Shown here: positions 1 through 8,063 of the stretch, one piece after another
Layout: every line of letters begins with the position of its first letter
How positions within the stretch are numbered: the stretch's first letter is position 1
Source: Candidatus Saccharimonadota bacterium
GTDB lineage: Bacteria; Patescibacteriota; Saccharimonadia; Saccharimonadales; Saccharimonadaceae
Assembly: GCA_017962365.1 (NCBI GenBank)
Contig: JAGCVL010000006.1
Location: forward strand, 769-64,768
Direction: 5' to 3'
DNA: 64,000 bases
The notes under the pieces: generated by a model
Seen by the model: only the letters and a program-made list of their open reading frames with translations
Told to the model about the DNA's origin: nothing
Databases searched by the model: none
Translations under genes and position numbers: made by a program

Positions 1-12
1 GGCCTTTTTGTC

Positions 13-1380
13 TTGGCTGCAAAGCCTGGGACATGGGCTTTGATCTCGTGGGTGCTGGTGCTGGCGGCGCTGGTCTATGTCATGCATGACTGGTATCGTC
101 GTAGCGGAACGTTGCGGACGAGGAAGTACTGGCTTTCTTGGGTGCTATTCTTGACTGGGATGGTCCCCGGAGTGGTGGTATTTCTACTTGCTTCTGGCGA
201 GGTGTCCAATTCGGTGGTTTGGATGACCGCTAGTAAAATCTTGGTCGTGGAGATGCTTTGCATTTTCGGGATCCTGTTTATCCAGCGGAATATGGTTGCC
301 ACTAATGACCCTCGATGGAGGAAGGCGAAAGCGTACGCTATCTTTATTGCCATCCTGGTTGCTGTCGTGTTTATAATTGCGAATATTAACTGGGGTGGTA
401 CATCCGATAAGGTAGTCGTCCCGACCGAGGCTCAAGTCGTCCCGACCGAGGCTCAAGTCGTCCCGACCGAGACCCAACTCGCACCGACCGATGCGCAAGT
501 ATCGATTGGGGATGGGCGGGATCCCCGTTTCATCCAGGAGGAGATTCCCCACGAGAACTATCGATTTGTGGCGAATTTCTCTGAGCGTTTGAAAAAGAAC
601 TCAGGGGATACGACCGCGACGGTTCTTGAGGCGTCTGGTCACGATGCCGAGCTGCTTGCGATTTATGCGCGAGTGCTGGGCATTCGTGAAACCAGCCAGT
701 ATGGGGAACTTTTAACGCCGGACGGAACCTATCTAAGCGATGAGGGGATCATTCTCTATCATCAGCTGGAGGGGGTTCTTCTTAGTTGTGAAACGAAGAG
801 AATCGAGGTTCCATCGTCTGGAACAAATACCGGGTATAATAGCGGCCTGAATGTCGCTGAGGAGCCTGGTATTTCTGGAGATCGGAACGGAACGGAGTAT
901 ACCACTCTCTCCGGGGATGTGTTCTACATTCTGGATCGCTGTGGCAACTACGTTTATCCCACCGATCCGCCGGAAGATATCCCCGTTGGGCCCACCGACG
1001 AGGTCTATAACAAAGACCCTACCCTTGGCGTTAAGGTTGGCGGTGATGGAGAGTACCATGCGGACTCGCCAGGCACCAACACTAACGACGGCGTCGGGGC
1101 CACGAGTTCCGCGGCGGACTCTTCGACCAATTCGGGGAGTATGACTGTCACCGAGTATTCGGAGGCGATGGAGGAACACGAAGGAGTTTCTACCGGCCAG
1201 CAGGTTGGTGGCGATCCAAATACTTCGAGTACTCCGACGCCGACTGGTGCCAACGTCGACAATAATGGCGATAATGGCACTGGTAACGGTGGTATTGATG
1301 AACCGACTCCGACGACACCGCCGGAGTCGGAAATTGCAACTGACCCCGTGGGATCAGAGTGGGGAGGTCCCCCGGATTAG
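13..1380 (+). CDS. Hypothetical multi-pass membrane protein with a tandem-repeat linker and a Thr/Gly/Pro/Asn-rich C-terminus. The frame is open back to base 1, so it may be 5'-partial.
   Basis: The N-terminal ~130 aa contain about 4 hydrophobic helices. They are followed by the VVPTEAQ x3-4 repeat and then a low-complexity tail. The start is a TTG at 13 with no upstream stop in frame. Confidence 0.55.
   Translation: MAAKPGTWALISWVLVLAALVYVMHDWYRRSGTLRTRKYWLSWVLFLTGMVPGVVVFLLASGEVSNSVVWMTASKILVVEMLCIFGILFIQRNMVATNDPRWRKAKAYAIFIAILVAVVFIIANINWGGTSDKVVVPTEAQVVPTEAQVVPTETQLAPTDAQVSIGDGRDPRFIQEEIPHENYRFVANFSERLKKNSGDTTATVLEASGHDAELLAIYARVLGIRETSQYGELLTPDGTYLSDEGIILYHQLEGVLLSCETKRIEVPSSGTNTGYNSGLNVAEEPGISGDRNGTEYTTLSGDVFYILDRCGNYVYPTDPPEDIPVGPTDEVYNKDPTLGVKVGGDGEYHADSPGTNTNDGVGATSSAADSSTNSGSMTVTEYSEAMEEHEGVSTGQQVGGDPNTSSTPTPTGANVDNNGDNGTGNGGIDEPTPTTPPESEIATDPVGSEWGGPPD
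415..498 (+). repeat. 21-bp tandem repeat (gtcgtcccgaccgaggctcaa), two perfect copies plus two degenerate ones, in frame
   Basis: Read directly: copies at 415-435, 436-456, 457-477 and 478-498. They encode VVPTEAQ/VVPTETQ/LAPTDAQ. Confidence 0.9.
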
Positions 1381-1450
1381 GTTAGGGCATCTATATTTAC
1401 CCAGCGGATGGGCCCATGAGCGGGACGGCTCAAGTACCTTAGCAAAAAGT

Positions 1451-1470
1451 CCGGCAACTTCGGTTGCCGG
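1451..1470 (+). terminator. Perfect 8-bp GC hairpin (ccggcaac-ttcg-gttgccgg) after the first CDS, with no clear T-tract
   Basis: The inverted repeat with a UUCG-type loop was read directly. Confidence 0.4.
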
Positions 1471-1574
1471 GCTCATCCAGGATTTGAAATTTGAAATGAT
1501 TCGGTTGTTAGACGAATTTTAACAATTCGGCTAGCAAACAAAATGATTGATTATTTTTTAATGAAAGGAATATT

Positions 1575-2834
1575 ATGAATAAAATTTATAAAGCTATTTT
1601 GGCAGTAGCTGCTACAGCGATTGTAGCGGGTGCTACTATGACGCCGATGGCAGTAAGTGCCTTTGGCGATTCAGCTAATGGTCGTCCTACCTATACTCTA
1701 GAGCAAATTAACGCTGGCGAGCTTGGTGACACCATTACTTTTAACTCTATTATTAACGGTAAAATTGGTGACGAACGGAATTTCGTAGGTGCAAGGATGG
1801 CAGGGTCAACTGCTGACTGGAGCACTGATGAAATTACTGTGAAAGATGGCGACACTTTGACGATTCTTCTTTATGTTCACAACAATAGCCCAAAGGGTAT
1901 GGATGCTGTGGCGAAGGACGTGTCGGTAAGCTTCTCGCTTCCTACTACGGTAGGTAAAACTCAGACTTTGATTGGATATCTTAACTCGTCTAATGCTGCT
2001 CCAACGCGGTATTGGGATGAGGTGATGCTTAAATCGTCTGATAATTTCTACGTTGAATATGTAGCTGGCTCTGCGAAGTATACCAACTCGAAACTCGGGA
2101 CGGTGGCACTTTCGGATGCTGTGATTACTTCTGGCGCTACGATTGGTTATGAAGCACTTAATGGTGAGATTCCTGGCTGTTATCAGTACGATGGCCAGGT
2201 AACCATCGAAGTCAAGGTGCATAAGTCGGTAACCGCAAAGTTGTCGAAAGTTGTACGACTTAAAGGCACTAAGGAATGGAGCGAATCCGTTGATGCGAAG
2301 ATTGGCGATGAGGTTGAGTACCAGATTGAGTACAAAAACTTGTCTGCTGAGCAAGTTGATAATGTAATGATTCGTGACGTTTTGCCAACCAATGTCGAGT
2401 ATGTGGCTGGTTCTACGGTGCTCTATAATGCCAATCATCAGTCTGGCATTGCGCTTAGTAGCGACAAAGTAACGACTAGCGGTATTAATATCGGTAGTTA
2501 TGCTCCTCGTGGTAATGCGTATGTGCGATTTACTGCGAAGGTGATTTCGAAGACCCTCGAGTGTGGTGACAACCAACTCGTAAACTGGGCTTCAGCTACT
2601 GTGAATGGCGAGGTGTTTAAGGATGACGCTTCGGTAATGGTGGAACGCGATGATGCAACCTGCCATGAGACGCCAACTCCAGAGCCGACTCCAGAACCAA
2701 CTCCAGAACCGGAGCCAAAGCCGGAAGAGCTTCCTGATACTGGTGCTACCAACATTGCTGGTGCTGCGCTTGGTGCAGGTTCAGTAGTAACCGCTCTTGG
2801 CTACTACATTGCTAGCCGAAAAAAGTTAATGTAA
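1575..2834 (+). CDS. Sortase-anchored (LPXTG-type) cell-surface protein with repeated beta-sandwich (DUF11-like) domains
   Basis: It has an N-terminal signal peptide (MNKIYKAILAVAATAIVAGATMTPMAVSA) and a PTPEPTPEPTPEPEPKPEE stalk. The C-terminal sorting signal is LPDTG, a hydrophobic stretch and an SRKKLM tail. Confidence 0.8.
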   Translation: MNKIYKAILAVAATAIVAGATMTPMAVSAFGDSANGRPTYTLEQINAGELGDTITFNSIINGKIGDERNFVGARMAGSTADWSTDEITVKDGDTLTILLYVHNNSPKGMDAVAKDVSVSFSLPTTVGKTQTLIGYLNSSNAAPTRYWDEVMLKSSDNFYVEYVAGSAKYTNSKLGTVALSDAVITSGATIGYEALNGEIPGCYQYDGQVTIEVKVHKSVTAKLSKVVRLKGTKEWSESVDAKIGDEVEYQIEYKNLSAEQVDNVMIRDVLPTNVEYVAGSTVLYNANHQSGIALSSDKVTTSGINIGSYAPRGNAYVRFTAKVISKTLECGDNQLVNWASATVNGEVFKDDASVMVERDDATCHETPTPEPTPEPTPEPEPKPEELPDTGATNIAGAALGAGSVVTALGYYIASRKKLM

Positions 2835-2864
2835 GTTGACCGCTTCACGGGTGGTCTAATACAG

Positions 2865-2897
2865 AAAACGACTAGGAGAAATCCTAGTCGTTTTTTG
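2865..2897. terminator. Bidirectional hairpin (aaaacgactagga-gaaa-tcctagtcgtttt) between the LPXTG gene and folD; it overlaps the folD stop codon
   Basis: A 13-bp perfect stem with an A-run on the left and a T-run on the right. Confidence 0.7.
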
Positions 2898-3672
2898 CTG
2901 CGGCGTGGATGACGTGATCGAAAAGACAGGTAACGGTGAGTGGACCGACACCGCCTTTTTCCGGGGTGATGGCGGCGAGGTCAGTGCGATTTCTAACTTC
3001 TGCGGCGAGGTCGCCTTTTAAGACGCCTTTATCAGAGGCGGTACCGGCATCGATGACGACGGCGCCTGGGCGCACCATAGAATCAACAATCAGCCCCGGT
3101 ACGCCCGTTGCTGTGATGATTATATCATACTGATTAAGCTTTGTCAAGTCAGAGCCACGGTGAAAGAGAGTGACGTTGTAATTTGAATCTGTAAACATCT
3201 TGTAAAGTGGGGCGCCGACGAGTTTGCCGCGACCAACGATGGCGATCTTGGCGTTTTGTAATTTGATGTCGTAGCCGGCGAGGAGCCAGTTGATGGCGGT
3301 GGCGGTGGCGGAATCGTAATTTCCGTTTTCAGAAAGGCCGTCAACGTCTTTTTTGGGAGCGATGAGGCTTGTTATTTCGTCAGTCTTATCTTTATTGATA
3401 AGAGGAAGTTGGATGATGATGCCGTCGATGGTTGGGTCGCTATTTGCGTGGATAATCTCCTCTCGGAGCGCGTCCGGTTGAACGTAGACATCCACTACTT
3501 CAATGCCGATATCTTCGCCGTATTGCTTTTTTAAATTAACATATTTGGTAATCACTGGGTTGTCGGAATCGCGAAGGATGAGGAGCTTGGGCTTTTTGGA
3601 CATTTGACGGACTTGGGCGGCCTGGCGCTCCTTAATAAAACCTGCGAGTTCTCTACCGTCTAAGATTTTCAT
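2884..3672 (-). CDS. folD: Bifunctional methylenetetrahydrofolate dehydrogenase/cyclohydrolase
   Basis: The N-terminus MKILDGRELAGFIKERQ, the GRGKLVGAPL dinucleotide-binding motif, PGGVGPLT-like GGVGPLTV and the length all fit FolD. Confidence 0.9.
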   Translation of the reverse strand: MKILDGRELAGFIKERQAAQVRQMSKKPKLLILRDSDNPVITKYVNLKKQYGEDIGIEVVDVYVQPDALREEIIHANSDPTIDGIIIQLPLINKDKTDEITSLIAPKKDVDGLSENGNYDSATATAINWLLAGYDIKLQNAKIAIVGRGKLVGAPLYKMFTDSNYNVTLFHRGSDLTKLNQYDIIITATGVPGLIVDSMVRPGAVVIDAGTASDKGVLKGDLAAEVRNRTDLAAITPEKGGVGPLTVTCLFDHVIHAAAKND

Positions 3673-4763
3673 ATTTCGTTTGGTTCCTGCTCTAATTGAT
3701 AGCCAAATTTATCATGGACGGATTTTATGATTTCGGTGCGGGCAGCAGCAAGGTCGTTGTAACTTGTGGCAGATTCATTGATGAGGACGAGGGCGGCAGC
3801 GTCGCAGACGCGGATGCCGTGGAGGAGTTTACCTTTGAGGCCGCATTGTTCGATCAGCCAGCCGGAGTTGATTTTGAGGCCGTCGTGACCGTGGTAAACT
3901 GGGATATTTTTGGCTTCGGCGGCTTCGGCTTCATCTTTGGTGAGGTAGATGTTCTTGAAAAATGAGCCGGCGGAAGCTTTTTTAGCTGGGTCGGGGAGCT
4001 TGTCGCTCCTAATAATGGAGACGATGTTGCGAATACCGGCAGGGGAGAAGTCGGTACAGTGGTGCTCATCGATGTAGCGTTCGATAGAGTTGTAAAAAGG
4101 GCGGGACATAGTGCCTGGTTTTAACTCTAGAGTGATGGAAATGACGAAATATTGGCCTTTTTTGGTGGAATTTAAAATAGAACGGCGGTAGGAAAAGCCG
4201 AAATCGGATTTTTGCAGGGTTTTAAAAGATTTATTTTTGATGTCGTAAACTTCGGCGGAGAGGAACGTGTCGGCGAGTTCTTGGCCGTAGGCGCCGATGT
4301 TTTGGACTGGAGCAGCGCCGGCAGTGCCGGGGATTTTACTCAAGGCTTCGATGCCGGTGAGGCCACGCTCGGTCGTATAGGCTACGACGGCGTCCCAGTC
4401 GGTACCACCGAGGGCCGTTATTTGGACGGGTCCTGAGGGGAGCGGGTCCTGCCGGCCCTTGTCCTCCCCCATCTTCGCGAAGCTCAGCTGGGGGTCCCCC
4501 TCCAGGGCCGTCACCCGCTCCCCTGGGACGACATCCCGAATACCGGTCATGGTGTTGCGGATGATGACGCCACCAAAGCCGTCGTCTTTTGCGATGGTGT
4601 TGGCGCCGCCACCGAGGATGTAAAACGGGAGGTTTTTTTCGGCAACAAAATCAAAAGCAGGTGTGATATCGTCTAGTTTTTCGATATCGATGACATATTT
4701 TGCGGGTCCACCAAGACGCATCGTGGTGAGCTCGGATAAGGGTACATTTTCGCGAATTTTCAT
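3669..4763 (-). CDS. murB: UDP-N-acetylenolpyruvoylglucosamine reductase carrying a 31-codon GC-rich insertion
   Basis: Motifs MKIRENVPLSELTTMRLGGPA, ILGGGAN and IPGTAGAAPVQNIGAYGQE are present. There is an ATGA overlap with the folD start. Confidence 0.9.
   Translation of the reverse strand: MKIRENVPLSELTTMRLGGPAKYVIDIEKLDDITPAFDFVAEKNLPFYILGGGANTIAKDDGFGGVIIRNTMTGIRDVVPGERVTALEGDPQLSFAKMGEDKGRQDPLPSGPVQITALGGTDWDAVVAYTTERGLTGIEALSKIPGTAGAAPVQNIGAYGQELADTFLSAEVYDIKNKSFKTLQKSDFGFSYRRSILNSTKKGQYFVISITLELKPGTMSRPFYNSIERYIDEHHCTDFSPAGIRNIVSIIRSDKLPDPAKKASAGSFFKNIYLTKDEAEAAEAKNIPVYHGHDGLKINSGWLIEQCGLKGKLLHGIRVCDAAALVLINESATSYNDLAAARTEIIKSVHDKFGYQLEQEPNEI
4436..4524. repeat. GC-rich palindromic insertion element, in frame within murB (divergent family member)
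   Basis: Terminal 12-bp inverted repeat aggggagcgggt (4436-4447) / acccgctcccct (4513-4524). Central palindrome cttcgcgaag at 4473-4482. An 8-bp direct repeat agggccgt occurs at 4411-4418 and 4504-4511. Confidence 0.75.
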
Positions 4764-5116
4764 ATGGAATAATTATAGCATAAATTGGGGGAATATTTTA
4801 GCATGGGGAAAGACATTTTGCAACCCCCCACTTGGATTCGTCGTGGTGTGGGGTTGACTGGTGATTTTTGGTGTGCTAATAAGAGTGCTAGGAAATAGGG
4901 CGGACGCTGTTTAAAAATATGGTTTGGAGAAAGGAGGTTTTATGAAGATTGGTATTGAAGAAATAAAAATTAATATCAAACTTAAAATCTCTCCTCGTAA
5001 GAAGAGAGATTAAAACCAACTAATTTAATCCTACCATACACCGGTGCTATAGTCAATGCCCTATTTCCTATTTTGGCAAAATATAATATAATTGTAAAGA
5101 AGAAAGGTAATACAAT

Positions 5117-6142
5117 ATGGCAAAGAAAGATGCGGTGGTGGAAAATGAGGGGAAGAATGACGGCAAGAATGAAGCTTTGAAGCTGGCGATGGCGCAGATT
5201 ACAAAGCAGTTTGGCGACGGGGCAATCATGAAGCTCGGGGAGACACCGAGGATGGATGTGGAACTTTTGCCATCGGGGTCGCTTTCGCTTGATTTGGCGC
5301 TTGGTGGCGGTTGGCCGAAGGGGCGGATTATCGAAATTTATGGTCCGGAGTCATCTGGCAAGACGACTTTGGCGCTTCATGCGATTGCAGAGATTCAAAA
5401 ACAGGGCGGGCAGGCGGCGTTTATTGATGCGGAGCATGCGCTCGACCCGGCATACGCGAAGAAGATTGGTGTAAATACGGCAGATCTTTTGATTTCGCAG
5501 CCAGATAATGGCGAGCAGGCGCTAGAGATTTGTGAGACTTTAGTGCGGTCCAATGCGGTAGATTTGATTGTGGTGGACTCGGTGGCGGCACTTGTCCCGC
5601 AGGCTGAGATTGACGGCGATATGGGTGATGCACAGATGGGTTTGCAAGCGCGGCTAATGTCGCAGGCGATGCGAAAACTCACGGGTATCATTTCTAAGTC
5701 GCGGGCGACAGTGATTTTCATTAACCAGATTCGGATGAAGATTGGTGTGATGTTTGGCAACCCGGAGACGACAACTGGTGGTAATGCCCTCAAGTTTTAT
5801 GCGTCGGTGCGAGTGGACATTCGGCGGATTGGGCAGATTAAGGATGGGGAAAATATCTCCGGTAACCGGACGAAGATTAAGGTAGTAAAGAATAAAATTG
5901 CGGCGCCATTTAGGACGGCAGAGTTTGACATTATGTATAATGAGGGGATTTCAAAATCTGGCGACGTGCTAGATCTTGGCGTGCAATATGGCGTACTAGA
6001 AAAAGCCGGTGCGTTCATCAAATACAATGGTGAAACTTTAGGTCAAGGACGTGAGGCGGTGAAGAAATTGTTCCGCGAAAAACCAGAGCTGATGGAAGAG
6101 ATTGAAGCTAAAGTACGCGAAAAAGCCGCAATGGAGGAATAA
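5117..6142 (+). CDS. recA: Recombinase A
   Basis: Walker [19 protein letters not shown] and [32 protein letters not shown] are present. Confidence 0.97.
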   Translation: MAKKDAVVENEGKNDGKNEALKLAMAQITKQFGDGAIMKLGETPRMDVELLPSGSLSLDLALGGGWPKGRIIEIYGPESSGKTTLALHAIAEIQKQGGQAAFIDAEHALDPAYAKKIGVNTADLLISQPDNGEQALEICETLVRSNAVDLIVVDSVAALVPQAEIDGDMGDAQMGLQARLMSQAMRKLTGIISKSRATVIFINQIRMKIGVMFGNPETTTGGNALKFYASVRVDIRRIGQIKDGENISGNRTKIKVVKNKIAAPFRTAEFDIMYNEGISKSGDVLDLGVQYGVLEKAGAFIKYNGETLGQGREAVKKLFREKPELMEEIEAKVREKAAMEE

Positions 6143-6700
6143 ATGCATCACGACGAGACGTGGCAGATTTTTAAGCCGAACGGCGAATTAGTGGTTGATA
6201 GAGGGTGGGATTCGGCTTTGGGGAATCCGGAAGAGACTGGGTCTGATGCGATTGTTGGCGTAACGGTGGTGTTTTTGTATCGTCGAAATAAAAATGGCGA
6301 ACTGGAACTTTTGTGGCAGAAAAGGTCTGCGAAGGTTGACCGGTTTCCGGGAGATTATGATATTTCGGCGGGTGGTCATGTTAATTTTGGCGAAACATTG
6401 ACTGACGCGGCCATTAGGGAAGCATGGGAAGAAATTGGCGCGAAGGTTGATGTGGAGGATTTAAACTTTATAGCAGTGCGAGCTTTTGGTAAGAACCGTT
6501 TTGCATGGGTTTATTTGATAGATTGGACGGATCGGGCGGAAGATTTTTGTTTTAATGATGAGGAAGTTTCGGAAGTAAAGTGGGTGCCGTTTGCTGAAAC
6601 GGAAGAATTCCGAGAGAGGAATGCAAAAGCTCCGCTCAAAGAAGAAAAGCTGCTATTTGCAGCTATGGAAGAGTGGTTTTTGCGAAATGGATATCTATAA
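6143..6700 (+). CDS. NUDIX hydrolase
   Basis: It contains the Nudix box GGHVNFGETLTDAAIREAWEEIG and starts immediately after the recA stop. Confidence 0.8.
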   Translation: MHHDETWQIFKPNGELVVDRGWDSALGNPEETGSDAIVGVTVVFLYRRNKNGELELLWQKRSAKVDRFPGDYDISAGGHVNFGETLTDAAIREAWEEIGAKVDVEDLNFIAVRAFGKNRFAWVYLIDWTDRAEDFCFNDEEVSEVKWVPFAETEEFRERNAKAPLKEEKLLFAAMEEWFLRNGYL

Positions 6701-7466
6701 GATAAAGGATTTTAAAACGGCGAGCGGGGAGCTGGTTTTTGATTCTAAAGAGAATGATGATAAAAAAGTTGTCGGGCGTGGCAAGCTAATAATTACCGAG
6801 TTGAAGGCTGGCGTAAAGAATCCAGAACGAGTAAATGTATATATTAATGGGAAATTTTCCTTTTCGCTTGATATAGCGCAGGTGGTGGAATTTAAAATTA
6901 GGGTTGGTGCGGAAATTTCCGAAGAAAAATTGAGCGAGCTTAGGTCGGCATCGGATTTTGGGAAATTGTACCAGAGAACGCTTGAGTGGGTGCTTGTTCA
7001 GCCACGTTCAGTAAGGGAGGTGAGAGAATATCTTGCAAGAAAACTCAGGAATAGCCTTCGAGGACCTTCCGCGACTAACGAGGAGCGGTGGAGCGAAGTC
7101 CCGCCCGTAACGACGGGCCGGGACGAGCGCGTCCGAGGGGGCTATTCTGAGTTTTCTGACGAAATAATTTCACGTTTGCTTACTAAGGGATACCTGAATG
7201 ACAGGACTTTTGCGGAGTGGTATGTGGAAAATCGGTTTGTGAAGAAGGGGATTTCGAAAAAGAGATTAAAAATGGAGCTCATGAAGAAGGGGATATCGAA
7301 GGAAATTATCGACGAAGTGCTGGACGTGAGGAGTGACGAAGAAGAGATTGATAAAATGATTGCAAAAAAGCGAGCAAAATATGATGACGAAAAACTAATT
7401 CAATATCTGTGCCGGCAGGGTTTTTCGTACGATTTGGTGCGTGAAAAAGTGGCGGAGTTAAATTAA
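6687..7466 (+). CDS. recX: RecX-like regulatory protein with an extra N-terminal domain and a GC-rich in-frame insertion
   Basis: RecX-type helical repeats are present (VREVREYLARKL, ISRLLTKGYLNDRTFAEWYV, ELMKKGISKEIIDEVL, LIQYLCRQGFSYDLV). It lies in the recA neighbourhood. The start was moved to the ATG at 6687 (MDIYKIKD). Confidence 0.7.
   Translation: MDIYKIKDFKTASGELVFDSKENDDKKVVGRGKLIITELKAGVKNPERVNVYINGKFSFSLDIAQVVEFKIRVGAEISEEKLSELRSASDFGKLYQRTLEWVLVQPRSVREVREYLARKLRNSLRGPSATNEERWSEVPPVTTGRDERVRGGYSEFSDEIISRLLTKGYLNDRTFAEWYVENRFVKKGISKKRLKMELMKKGISKEIIDEVLDVRSDEEEIDKMIAKKRAKYDDEKLIQYLCRQGFSYDLVREKVAELN
7039..7158. repeat. GC-rich palindromic insertion element, in frame within recX
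   Basis: AT-rich inverted arms agaaaactcag(g)aatagcc (7039-7057) / ggctattctgagttttct (7141-7158). The GC-rich core contains the hairpin cccgt-aacg-acggg. The reverse complement of the core aligns with the der and truB copies. Confidence 0.8.
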
Positions 7467-8056
7467 GATTCGTCGTCGGTCTTGGCTGGAGATGGAGAGA
7501 GCTCTGATTTACGGAAGGGGTTGACGAAATTTGGTATAAAATCTTCTTTTTCGGCGCGAGCACGGATGGTTTTTTCTTCGTCTCTTACGACGACTTTGTA
7601 GTCGGTGATTTCGACAATTTCGGAGCGAGGAATGGTAAGTTCTGGGCTAACGAAAGATTTAACCAGCGGGCGTTTGACAATGATTTGTTGGACGGTGAAA
7701 TTGTCGTCGGTGACAGTGTAATCGATGATTTTGCCGAGCTTGGTACCTTTTTTGGTCTCGACTTTGAGATCAATGAGGGAGAAGTTTAGTTTTAGGACTT
7801 TTTCAATCTGTATGACGTCGGCGGGGCCGATGAGGTCGTCGGAAGAATTGATGACGCAGCCAAACTTGGAATACTCACGGATGGATTTGGCGTCGAGAAT
7901 GTCTTCGTCGCGACTTATGAGGGGGCCGGAAAGGCGGAAAGCGATGATTTTAAGGCTATCCGGGTCTACGATGGGGGCAGAAATATATCCGATGGGTCCG
8001 GAAGATTGGATGCTTAGAATGTTGGTGCCGATAAGGCGAGAAGCTGTTATTAACAT
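7463..8056 (-). CDS. Hypothetical protein, probably two PRC-barrel-like domains
   Basis: LIGTNILSIQSSGPIGYISAPIVDPDSLKIIAF and LGKIIDYTVTDDNFTVQQIIV resemble PRC-barrel repeats. This is a weak call made from memory. Confidence 0.45.
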   Translation of the reverse strand: MLITASRLIGTNILSIQSSGPIGYISAPIVDPDSLKIIAFRLSGPLISRDEDILDAKSIREYSKFGCVINSSDDLIGPADVIQIEKVLKLNFSLIDLKVETKKGTKLGKIIDYTVTDDNFTVQQIIVKRPLVKSFVSPELTIPRSEIVEITDYKVVVRDEEKTIRARAEKEDFIPNFVNPFRKSELSPSPAKTDDES

Positions 8057-8063
8057 AACCTAA

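Noticed and set aside
1806-2576. 256-aa antisense ORF inside the LPXTG protein gene
   Set aside because: It is entirely contained within a gene that has a signal peptide and a sorting signal. The translation is Arg/Ile/Asn-rich with no recognisable motifs.
4860-5116. SOS (LexA/Cheo-type GAAC-N4-GTTC) box upstream of recA
   Set aside because: I found no such palindrome in the region. The gtgcta repeats are direct repeats, not inverted, and match no operator I know.
6591-6686. 5' extension of the recX ORF overlapping the NUDIX gene
   Set aside because: It lies out of frame inside the well-supported NUDIX CDS. The ATG at 6687 gives a conventional short overlap.
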